DNA from: the human T2T-CHM13v2.0 reference genome, Homo sapiens
Direction: 5' to 3' (one strand)
DNA length: 64,000 nt
Assembly: GCF_009914755.1 (NCBI RefSeq)
Contig: NC_060925.1
Both the position numbers and the translations under genes were made by a program. The notes beneath the pieces were generated by a model that had not been told where the DNA came from, ran no database searches, and was given only the letters and a program-made list of their open reading frames with translations. Below are positions 51,801-64,000 of this stretch, piece after piece; the stretch's first letter is position 1; the number at the start of each line of letters is the position of its first letter.

Positions 51801-52389
51801 TAACTGTGGCAGCAGGTCTGAATGTTCCAGGTGAGCATATATGATGAAATGGGTGCTTAGCAGGGAATGAAATAGCAGATCAGGACAAGAGGGTAAGGAT
51901 TCATCTTATGCCATCAGATCATTTAAAATTAAAAATAAATTACGAAAACAAAACACTGTTCTAGATTTTTACTGTGTCGTATATCTTTGCAGAGCCGTGC
52001 TCTGGAAACCATGCTGAGAATTATCATTCCTGACCTCACTCTGCTCACCTCTGTTGCCCTCAATAAGTATTTGTTGATTTGGCTTAAGAGAGTTCTAGAT
52101 GAATATGTGACCATTTTTCCTGCTTCTAATTGCAATGGTGGGTTCTACTGAGAGATATAGAAGATGAAGAGGAGTGTGTGATCTGGCAAAATGAGCTGGT
52201 TGCTTAGACTGGTAGAGCTGGGAGTTAACATTTAGGGGCTTGTTCTGGTAGCCCTTTATTCCTTCACCTATTCACCAAATATGTATTAGGCCCCTACTAA
52301 GGGCCAGAGGGGGTGAAAATCAGTGGCTGCTTCTGCCAGCTGCCATCATTCAAGTTTTAAAAACACTAGGGAATCTCTCCGCACCTAAT

Positions 52390-52610
52390 GAATAACATTG
52401 ATTGATAACTATCTGTGAGAATCTGTGCTAGGGGCTTTACATTTTTTTTTATTTTTCATTTAATCTTCACCACAAACCTATGAAGTAAGCATTATTGTCC
52501 CGCTTTATATATACAAGAACCAAGACTAAGAAAACATTGCCCACTGCCCAAGGATATGCCCAGGCCGAGGATAGGCCACCCAGACTATAGAGTCCACTTG
52601 CTTAATCTTA
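52390..52610 (-). mobile_element. MIR
   Basis: TGTGCTAGGGGCTTTAC...CATTTAATCTTCACCACAAACCTATGAAGTAAG. Confidence 0.7.
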
Positions 52611-53930
52611 GACCAAATTTGTCTGAAGTTAATTCATTATTTTAGCACTAGAATGTAATGTTATTCAGAACTTCACAGAAGTAGGATCATCCCTTCGTAG
52701 GATGGTATTCAAGGGGCACAAGTCTGTTTGCTAAGATAATAGAGGCAGAAAAAATGTATATTTTGTCAAAAGCAAGAATAGGACACAAGTCTTGTGGTGC
52801 CTGGTCCCTGTTCCAGAAGCATTGTCCATGTTTCTGTTCTGAAGCAGAAAAGCTAGTCTCATCACCAACAAAAGAAATTCATTAGATAGATGAGAGAGTC
52901 TGATGCAAAGAATGCACCTAGGCATATTAAAATGCACCTTTTCATCAGAAGGTGCATGCACGGGTCAGGGAAACCCAGTGTGTCTAAGTTCTTGCCAAAT
53001 ATTGAGAACTTTTTTTTCTGTTAGTAATTTAATCTTTATTTAGCAAATATTTCACTTACAGTTTTAAATGGAGCATTCCATTAAAGAAAAAAAAAAAAAG
53101 AGGCCATCCTTCCAAAGAAAAGTTCCAGGTTTTGGCTCTCTGTCTCCCTTTTTTATAATAAGCAGAAATGCCAACATATAACAGTATTGGTGTTGAATAC
53201 TTTTTGTTGCCACAGAATTGCTAATTAAAGGTTTGTCCCAATGTAGAGTTTTCTGTAGGAGAAGACACAACCCAGGATATATATTGCCTAATGGCAAAGA
53301 TCTTAATACACGCATTACAAGTAAACATCTATTTTCCAGACAACTGCTGACTATAAACAGTGTGTCTCAGCCAGAGCTTTTTAATAGTGCCACATGTGGG
53401 ACAGATTTCTTATTCCTCCTAACCCAAGTTCCTTTTGTGATCCTTGATGTGCACATGCTATTGCCCTGCTGACTATTTTAAATGGATGATAATTGGGAAT
53501 AATGACCGGGTCAGAGGTAGGGATGCGTAAACCCTGGCAGAGCAGCCTTCCACCAAGTCAAAGCACATGGGGCCCTCAGAGCCGGGAGCCGGCACTTGTA
53601 AGCTGAATTGAGCACACAATGTATGTGGCTGGCCACATACGTTGCCAAATAAATATCACATTACACATCCCATCTCCCCCACGTGACCTTGGTGTAGACA
53701 AAGTCTAAACTCATCTAGGAGATGAGAACATTTTTGTTCCGAGAATGATCCCATCTGCCTCCCCCAACTCCCAAATATCCTTCAACCCCTCTCCTTCACA
53801 GATGTGTGCTTTTCAGTCCTGCGGAGGAAATGCCTTAGCGGCTGGGTTTGATAAGCCCTCTTCAAATGTTGAAAAGACAAACAGTGTCGGCTAAATAATT
53901 GATTTCATCTATTCATTTAAGAATCAATTA

Positions 53931-54262
53931 CAGTCATCCCACCTTATCCAAGGAGGATACATTCCAAGACCCCTCGCGGATGCCTGAAATCACAGATAGT
54001 ACAGAATCCTATGTATACTATTTTTTTCTACACATACATACCTATGATAAAGTTTAATTTAGAAATTGGGGCTAGTAAGGGATTAACAATAACTAATAAT
54101 AGAACAATTATAACACTATACTATAAAAAAAGGGTATGTGAACATGCTCGCTTGCTCACTCAGAATATCTTATTGGACTGGACTCACCTATTTGCAGACT
54201 GAGGTTGACCTCAGGTAACTGAAGCTGCAGAAAGTGAAACCACATTTGACGGTGGACTCCTG
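53931..54262. mobile_element. MER44A (TcMar-Tigger MITE)
   Basis: CAGTCATCCCACCTTATCC...GATACATTCCAAGACCCC...CCTATGATAAAGTTTAATTT...GGACTCCTG with TA on both flanks. Confidence 0.9.
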
Positions 54263-54311
54263 TAAAATTATCACATATTGTTTCGTTGTGTCTCACTTTA
54301 AGAAAAATGGC

Positions 54312-54656
<345 letters not shown>

Positions 54657-55519
54657 TTATCAGGTGTCATAGCCTGAACTCCGTCCTAATAAACAGTAAG
54701 GAATCTTTGCATGCTTGTAATACATTGCCCAATACTGAGGTCCAAGTCAATACAGTATTGTTGGCAGAACTGCATAAGAAAAAAAAAGATAAATAATTGA
54801 CCTAGGGGGGAATAACTATAGGAGGGGTTGATATAATTTCTCAATGAAAAGTCAAGAAATAACAAAGCTAAAAATGGGGAGCACAAATGCACACGTCTTC
54901 AGACCAGGCAGGTCAGCTAAGTGGAAGAGGCAGTGGGGCTGTGATAAGTACACACAGGGGTGTGTAGGGCGGGGTGGGGTCTGTGACAAACTGGAAAGTG
55001 ATTTACCACAAACAACAACAGTGAATACAACACTGTACTAACCAAACAGAATGCATCTGCTGCCTGGGGCCTAAAGCTATTGTGCATACACCATGGATCA
55101 GAAGATAGAATGAGGTTCTGGCATCAAAGTGTTTTATTCTACAAGAAGAAAGAAACTTAAACGTTACATGGGAAAGGGATTACAGCAATGTAACCCACAT
55201 AAATTACTACACTACAGGTTAAACCATTCACGTCTGATCTTTTCTTCCTGGCAGACTTTTGTGGGTGGGAGAAGAGAGGCAGAGGACCATGTCAGTATCT
55301 AAAATAGGAAAAGGGGCCCTGGCGCAGGAAAGACACTTGGCAGACTAGAGATGTTGGGAGATGTTGGAGGATTCATAGGGGATGCAGAAAAAGAAGCCTG
55401 GTGATGATAGAGACCAGCAGAGCCTTACCTGCCCACTCCATTTCCCTCTACTCTGGCCCCAGATTTTTCATCCATGGATTTGGAATCCGTAGGGTCTCAT
55501 GGACTATGAGTTCCAGGAA

Positions 55520-55830
55520 AAGATTCTTCCCTAGCACTCAGGCTGATGCTCATGCCCATTTTCTCCACCCAACAAACTGTACCCTTCCTGCCAGGCTACA
55601 TACAAATGAAGGCTTCTCCCTGAAGCCTTCTCAGGTCCCTTCAGGCAAAATGAGTCACTTCCCCGCCCCCTCCCTCTGGCCTCACAGCTGCTTGCTCATA
55701 GTACTATGACACTGATTAAATTGTGTTGGAGTTTTTCTCTTTACTATCCAACCCCACTACATTGCTTGTTGCTTAAGAATAAAGACTAGGGTCCTACACG
55801 TCATATCTCCAGTGCCTAGCCTTTGGCAAG
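55520..55830 (+). mobile_element. L2 fragment
   Basis: TCTCCCTGAAGCCTTCTC...ATATCTCCAGTGCCTAGC. Confidence 0.6.
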
Positions 55831-56780
55831 TATCACCTCCCTACCCGCCCACACCACCCCACCCCACCCCCCAAAAACAAAACAGTGTAGTTCAGTAGGA
55901 GGTGAAGTTGGGGAAGTGAGGGCAAGAAGGGCTAGTGGGTCTTCCAGGACTCTGCTTCCCCCAGAGCAGGAGCCTCAAGACTACAAGAGGTAGACTATCC
56001 AGCAAACTGCTGCCTGCCATGTGTTGATGGAGATTTGTGATGCCTGTGTGTTGACTGCTTGCTCTGTGTAGGCACTGAGCCCAGCAAGTGCTCTACACAC
56101 ATGGGAGCTTTTCTCAAAACATCCCTTTGACGTCAATATCATTGTTTCCACTCCACCAATGAGGAAACTGAGTCATAGGGCTGAAGAAGCCAGTAAATAG
56201 TCTGAGAACCCCCAAAGCTAAGTTCTCCTATGCTGTGATAATGCTAATAGGTCCAGCACTGTCATGCTCTAAGGCTCAAAAAAAGACTGTGATAATTAAA
56301 TGCGGGCAACATTTCACATCATTTTGTAAAGGAGAAGACTGGAGCCCTAAAGGCTAAAATTCTTCCAAAGTCGAAGTATTGACAAAATTTTGGGTCTGGA
56401 ATTGAGGCCTCTAGTGAGCTTCCTGCTAAATACCCATGGTAGAGAATCATAGTGTATGCTGTTATTTAACTAAAACCAAGCAAGCATTTTCTCCTTCTCT
56501 TCAGTTATAGGTTAACATGAGATTTTCATTTTTTTTTCTTTTGGCTTTTCTGTATCTTTTAATTTTTCTTCAATGAACATGTATTTTTTACTTATAAAAT
56601 AACATTTAACAAAATCATACTCACTAAAGATATTAGTCCGTTTCTCACTGATCTCGTAAGAATGGCAGTAGCAGATGTCATAAGACTGGTCTTTGAGGAT
56701 GTACATATATTCAAAGAAGAATGGTGCCCATTTTTTTCATTAAAGTCCATACTCAATGGCTCAATTATTGTTTTTAAGAC

Positions 56781-57101
56781 TTTATTTATTTATTTATTTA
56801 TTTATTTATTTTGAGACAGGGTCTCACTCCGTCACCAGGGTGGGGCGGGAATGCAGTGGCACAATCACAGCTCACTGCAACCTCTACTTCCCGGGCTCAG
56901 GAGATCCTCCCACCTCAGCCTCTCTGAGTAGCTGGGACTACAGGTACGCACCACCACCCCCAGCTAATTTTTTGTATGTTTTGTAGACATGGAGTTTCGC
57001 CATGTTGCCCAGGCTGATCTTGAACTCCGGGGCTCCAGCAGTCCCCCTCCTTGAGCCCCCCAAAGTGCTGACACTACAAGCGTGAGTCACCACTCCTGGC
57101 C
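56781..57101 (-). mobile_element. AluJ with (TTTA)n tail
   Basis: GAGACAGGGTCTCAC, GATCCTCCCACCTCAGCC. Flanks AAGACT(T/CC)TATTT. Confidence 0.95.
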
Positions 57102-57179
57102 AAGACTCCTATTTCTATAGTGGGTCAGGTAGTTCTTCCTATTTCCCATTTCCCAGTGTAGCAGCTGTCAGAAGCACCA

Positions 57180-58110
57180 ATTTCTGATTAAGCACACTGG
57201 TCAAATCCTGGCTCTGCCGTGGATGTGCTGTATATAACCATGGGATGGACAGTGACATTCTGAATCTGTTTGTGTCTTCAAATTGGAAATAAAATAATCA
57301 TAGTGCATTAGGAGGATTAGATGAAACAATGCATATTGCATAGTCCAGAAATCTGGGAAGAATTCTCACACCTTCCTCTTGCTTACCCAACATCTAATCC
57401 CAAATAAATCCTGATAAATTTACCTCTTAGGTAATTCCTAAATCCATCCACTCTCCCCATCTCCTCCACTCTTCCCCCATCTAAGCTACTCTCTATCTAG
57501 CCCACATTACCATAGTAGCTTCCTAACTGGTCTCATGGCATCCTTGCCCTCCACAATTTATTCTTTACACTTAAGGCTAAAAGATCTTTCCAGACACACG
57601 TAATCATCATTTCAATGGATTACTCTTCCTCCTAGATAAAGAGCAAAATCCTTAATGAGACCTGCGTAGTTTTGCCTTTCCAAGCCTGTCTTGAGTCATT
57701 CTTCTTCTCCCTAAACATACTCTAGCCAGTTAATCTTCTGTGAGTTCCTCAAAACCCCCAAAATCTCAAATCTTACCCATATTAATCTGCTTTCCCTAGA
57801 AACATTCCTCTCTTTGTAGTTAACACTTCTACACCATTCCCAATATGAATGTGGCCTTTTCATGAAAACTTCCCTATCCCCAGACTTTATCAAAGGACAC
57901 TACTGATAAACTCTCAGAACATTCCAGATGTTCCTTTATATAAACAAATAGAGCTGTTATGCTTATAAATATGTGTGACTATTGGGTTACTTTATGTTTC
58001 TCCCAAAATAATATAAGCTCCACGAAAGACAATGTCTTACTCATACATGTTTTCTTGCATCCAGGACAGAACCTGGGTGGTAAGTAAATATTCATTGATT
58101 GAATAAGCAC
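57180..58110 (+). mobile_element. MIR (about 57180-57340) followed by L2 (about 57350-58110)
   Basis: CAAATCCTGGCTCTGCC, then L2 TAGCTTCCTAACTGGTCTC...AAATCCTTAA...TATAAGCTCCACGA...ATTGATTGAAT. Confidence 0.75.
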
Positions 58111-58728
58111 ATAGACAGTAGAGTGGCTGCCATAGTGAACACCGAGATATTATTAACCATTGTTGTCATAATTAATATTTGCCACAAACAGAAAGGTGTT
58201 TTAATGTGGATAAAGTCCCCTTTTATTTCTTTAAAGAAAATCCATTTCTCTCTAGTAAAACAGAAATTAGAGACTAAAGAGCTGAGAGCCCCACCCCGGG
58301 TTTGGGACCTGGCTCTGTCATGTGCTAGGAATGGACTTCAGCCATGTGATTTCACGTCTATGACTGTGGAGCGTTATATGAGTTAATGCCACTGATGTGA
58401 TTAGCATGGTATTTCGCACACGGTAAACATTTAATAAATGCTTTATTATTACTTTCAATATTATAAATGGTCCCAAATCTTCTTCCAGTAATCTGTATGG
58501 CCTTTAAAAAGCCCCTTAAGCTTTCTGGTTGTCAGTTTTGTCATCTTTAAAATAATAGTGTCATTTTTCCTATGGTTCATGAGGCTGTTTCAAAGATCAA
58601 ATGAATCAACAGGGAGAAAAAGCCTCTCTGAAAATTAAAAAAGTGGGATCCAAATAGAAGAGGCTACTATTGCTAAGCCTAAAAACACAGGCTGCAAATA
58701 GACACATTCTACCAAAATCCTCATGGCC

Positions 58729-59034
58729 TTTTCTTTTTCTTTTTTTTTTTTTTTAGATAGAGTCTAGCTCTATCTCCCTGACTGGAGCGTAGTGGCGCGA
58801 TCTCTGCTCACTGCAAGCTCCACCTCCCAAGTTCACACCGTTCTCCTGCCTCAGCTTCCTGAGTAGCTGGAACTACAGGCACCCGCCACCACGCCCAGCT
58901 AATTTATTGTATTTTTAGTAGAGACGGGGTTTCACCATGTTAGTCAGGATGGTCTCGATCTCCTGACCTCGTGATCTGCCCGCCTTGGCCTCCCAAAGTG
59001 CTGGGATTATAGGCATGAGCCACCGTGCCCAGCC
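58729..59034 (-). mobile_element. AluY
   Basis: GCAAGCTCC and GTTAGTCAGGATGGTCTCGATC. TSD CTCATGGCC at 58720 and 59035. Confidence 0.95.
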
Positions 59035-59189
59035 CTCATGGCCATTTCTTTATCTTCTCTTCACCATGGGCCATATGGGGGAAAGGAGAAGTAGTTCAAC
59101 ACACCTAGTCAACAATGACTTCAAGTATTGATCATTGAAGGGATGTGCATGTGTTTGTAAGGGGAAGAAGAGTGAGAAATTAATAAAGA

Positions 59190-59450
59190 GAGTTTAGTTT
59201 AAGAGCACACACTCTGGAATGAGAATGCACATTTTGAATTCCTTCTCCACAACTCACAGGCAATGTGACCTCAGGCAAATTGCTTAATCTACTCACCTGT
59301 AAGTTGGACAAATGCTAGTACCTGCCTCATGGGTTGTTGTAAGGATTAAATTATCCGTATAAGTCACTGAGAATATTGCCTAACACATGTCATACTCTTA
59401 ATAAAGATCAGCTATTAAGATTGTAATCATTTTCATCATTATCATCATTA
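59190..59450 (+). mobile_element. MIR
   Basis: TGTGACCTCAGGCAAATTGCTTAATC...GGTTGTTGTAAGGATTAAAT. Confidence 0.75.
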
Positions 59451-59490
59451 TTATTTTGGTAACTATAGTGTTTTAAGAGATTAATATTCA

Positions 59491-59820
<330 letters not shown>

Positions 59821-60359
59821 TTAGCAAGGTGGTTAAAGAATATCTAACAAACATTTTTACTCAAGATGGTATATTTGGATTTTGAAGCAAAGAAATCACT
59901 TTCCCACTGTGTTAGATTAATCGGCCCCAACAACTGAATTTGCCTAACACAAGTGCCATGTGTCTAAGACATCTTCTCTGTAACAGAAAATTTACGAAAA
60001 ACATCCAACTAACAATAAATTATCCCACACTGTAGAAATTCTGCATTTATGATAAAAACTTCATCCAAGCAGATGTGGTCCCTTCTCAAGGTACAATTCT
60101 ACTTCCCAAGATGATTACTCAGTGAGAGAGGCCTATAGAAAACTTCCTGTGTCACTTAAATTCATGCAGAGCTACAAGCATGCTTTTGCTACTTGGAATT
60201 GTCACAGGTTCAGCTCAACAACCTTTAGTCAACAGTTTTTTTGGAATATCCACGACCTTTTGTTCCCTCGGGAGATAGAATCAAAATGCATCTATTAATC
60301 TTGAGTTTATTTTATTTCATTATTCAAGAAAACTATGTTAGGAAACTTTAAGAATGTGT

Positions 60360-60620
60360 TCAATAATAATATTAAAAATAATAGTAATAGATTGCATATA
60401 TTGAACACATCCATGGGCTAGGATCTCTACTGACTATTTCACTTGTCTTACATCATTTTTCTCCCACAATAGCCCTATGAAGTATTCACATTTTATAGAT
60501 TAGCAGCCAAGATGTTAAGTAACCCTACCTAAGGTTGATTCAAAAATCTAGTAGGTGACAGGTATAGGACTTGAACCTTGGCCCAAAACTCATACTCTAA
60601 AATTTATAGCCTGAACCACC
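60360..60620 (-). mobile_element. MIR
   Basis: CACAATAGCCCTATGAAGT...TTTTATAGAT...GTTAAGTAACC...GGACTTGAACC. Confidence 0.65.
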
Positions 60621-62498
60621 TGGATATACTAACTAATTTAATATGTTGTTATATTAATGTTTGTTGTTTAAAATTTACATTAGTTATTAATCATATCATT
60701 AATAGTTTTGCACATGGAGAATAATAACCACAAAGTTGTCATGGGGATCCAGGACTTAAGGTTGCAGAACTAAAGACCTGGAAAGTGTAATAATTAAGCC
60801 CCTTTAGCCCCTCTCAATGCTAAGTCAGTTAAAAGAATTGGAGACCTCTGGTTTGAACGGGCTTCTAGCTAGGAGGCCCTAATGGAACCTTTCCAACCTT
60901 GTAATACTTAAGACATGAAAGAAGACAGGACATCTTTAAAATGCTGACAACTGGTACCAAAAATGGACTCACTGACAATTCTGGTAGGAATTGTCACTAA
61001 CTACATGTCTGTGATATTGAATAGAAACATACAATTAGTGGCCCATGACTGCTATGCTGCAAAAATAAAATAAAAGGCCCATGTGCTCACAGAAATAGAT
61101 AGGAGATTTTTGGTGGTATCTACACTGTCTGTCTGCTAATTCAAAAACACAGATTCTAAAACACATAGAGATAGCCATTCCTGTTTTGCCACTAACATTT
61201 CTGCACTCATTCAGATAACGTAACTACCACAAAACAATTAAGTAAGGGTGGCAGGGAAGCCAGCAGTGACACGCTGCATCATCTGAAGTGTGGTCCCACT
61301 AGTAAAACCCAAAAGACAGTCAAGAAATGGAGAAAGTCCTAGTATACATGCATGCTGGGAATTATAATTGTATATATTCCATCTGCTCTGACTGTTAGGG
61401 AGTCAAGCACTGGGTTACAAAAAAATTCTTAACACAGACAAGCAGAATAGCAGAAAGGTCCTACTACACTGGAAATCAGACCAGAAGATCAATCTTATGT
61501 ACAGCTATAAATCTGGGAAGAGGATTCACCAGACCCCAAATGGAGAGTGGATGGATTACCAGGAACAATCTACATACCCAAATGTAAGTAAATACTAAGT
61601 CCAGATAATTCTCTCCACATCTGAAAATGGATAAAAATTTTGTATTTTTCCACTGCAAAAATGAAAAGTGTTACATGCTGCTGAAGAAAAGCAAAGGGTG
61701 ACTCAGAATGAAAATATCTGAAAATCGTTAAGTATAAAAACTGTAAGAAACAGATTTAAAATTTCTGTTCTTTAAAACAAGAGTCAAAAGCCATTAGAAG
61801 AAAATAAGAAATAAAAACTAGGGGGTAGAATTTTAAATGAGAGTGACAAACTAGCAATGCAAGAAAACTAATAATGCATTAGCAGTATTAAGACTGCTAT
61901 GGAGCAGAATTAACCCTGTGAAAATTGATCAGTAATTTGAAAGTCATACTTCCAATAACTTTCCCAGACACAGACAAATTACCCAAAGCATAAAACACAC
62001 ATGAAAGAGAATGACACCTATCCCAGAAAGTGAAGATCCAACTCAAGAATTACAAGGGTGTTTCCAAAGAAAACCAGAACAATTGAATAGGAAACAACAA
62101 TCAAAGACATAACAGAAGGAAAAAAAACTTTCTGAACTAGAAGAGGGTAAAAAAGGATGCACATGCAAAACATTAATAGACTTAGCCAAGTTTACTTTAT
62201 TCCAGGCCAAAATAAATGAGCAATCCACACCTGAACTCAGCCTGCTTTCCAGAAACAGAAAAAAGAATTGCTTACAAAATGGACTAGGAAGGGGAGTAAA
62301 ATTTCACTGTCTTATCTCACATAGAAGAGATTCTAAAATTATATTTAATTGTTGAATCTGATAATTAGAAAAATTAAGATCAAAAACTGACTTCTGGAAA
62401 ACTAAAGTGAAGTTGAAAAGAGGATATAAACCTTCCCAATTACTAAGGAAGTTAAAAACACACAGGGCATTCCATATATCAAACTCCTAAAGCAAAAT

Positions 62499-62516
62499 AG
62501 AAAAGAAAGAAAGAAA

Positions 62517-62576
<60 letters not shown>

Positions 62577-62652
62577 AGAAAGAAAGAAAGAAAGGAAGAA
62601 AGGAAGGAAGAAAGAAAGAAAAAGAAAGAAAGGAAGAAAGAAAAAAAGAAAA
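62499..62652. repeat. Complex (GAAA)n/(GGAA)n polypurine microsatellite
   Basis: Read directly. Confidence 0.97.
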
Positions 62653-63308
62653 CCATGTAGAACAGAACAACAGAAGTTAACAAAGCAACCCATCTGACAG
62701 TAAATACAGATGGCTTAAATCACCTTTATTAGGAAACAAAAGTTCTCAAACTGGAGTAAAAAATTAAATCCAAATATCTGCTGCGTTCAGTAGGCATATC
62801 TAAAACAAAAGTGTTCACATTAAAAATAAAAAGAATGGCAAAGAGGTATTGAAAACAATAAAATGAAAAATAGAAGTGATAATTTCTGGCAAAGCAGGCT
62901 TCAAAGCAAAAGCAATTAAATAAGAGCAAATAGATTATGTGTATATCATCTACTATTTATATTACTTATGTTGATAAATTGGAAAATGAGATAATGAAGT
63001 TACAGTAGTAATTAGTCTCTTCATGCACCAACTAACCTAATATCAAATGATATAAATTTAAAACTATTAGAAAAGCAGAGAGAAACTGACAAGACCACAA
63101 CTGGTTTGCATGTAATTTTAACACAGATTTATTTAATTTTGATAGTTTTCATTAGGCAAGAAATAATGACATGGACAATTTGAGTAAATATAATTAATAC
63201 TATTAAGGCTCCTAGAAAATGTTGGCCTCTATAAACAGAGAATATGGCACCTTGAAAAGTATTTTTAAAACCTTAACCAAAAATTTACTGTGTTATGCAG
63301 ATGTGTGG

Positions 63309-63314
<6 letters not shown>

Positions 63315-63340
<26 letters not shown>
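63315..63340. repeat. (CA)n microsatellite
   Basis: Read directly. Confidence 0.95.
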
Positions 63341-63474
63341 CCCAATATATTCCAAAAGTGAAAATTGCACAGGCTTTCTTGTCTAGTCATATGCAATAAA
63401 GCTAGGAAGTAACAGAGAATTGTCAACATCATACTTAATGACAAAACAAGAATTATTGCCATTAAAAGCAATAA

Positions 63475-63846
<372 letters not shown>

Positions 63847-64000
63847 ACAGTCACCATTACTATTTAATGTTGAAGAAATTCTGACCATCTCCAATGATAT
63901 GAAACAGAAATACAGGTGTAATTATTAAGGAAGACTAAAGAATTATTATTTTCAGATGACCTGATTAAATACTTAGAAAATCCAAAAGCACCAGTTGAAA

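Overview
Primate (very probably human) genomic DNA: about 40% GC, CpG-poor and mostly interspersed repeats (14 Alus from the J, S and Y subfamilies, several L1 remnants, many MIR/L2 pieces, MLT2/MLT1/ERVL/LTR16 retroelements, and hAT and Tc1/mariner fossils). The only host coding sequence I can support is a 96-nt segment at 46133-46228 (+). It encodes MKLADSVMAGKASDGSIKWQLCYDISARTWWM and is followed by a phase-0 GTGAGT donor. I recognise this peptide from memory as the alternative N-terminus of long vertebrate NFIA (nuclear factor I A) isoforms, which continues DEFHPF in exon 2 outside this window. The window would then be the distal promoter and alternative first exon of NFIA (human 1p31.3), with about 46 kb of upstream DNA and about 18 kb of intron. 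The exon sits in a roughly 9.6-kb island with no recognisable transposons and many developmental TF motifs. The most interesting observations are a second in-frame phase-0 GTGAGT donor 111 nt upstream that would turn a uORF into a different NFIA N-terminus, six upstream AUGs in all three frames, and a CpG cluster with a minus-strand donor that suggests an overlapping antisense transcript. There is no evidence of a new multi-gene system, CRISPR array, rRNA or tRNA. Repeat subfamily calls and many boundaries were made by eye and are approximate.
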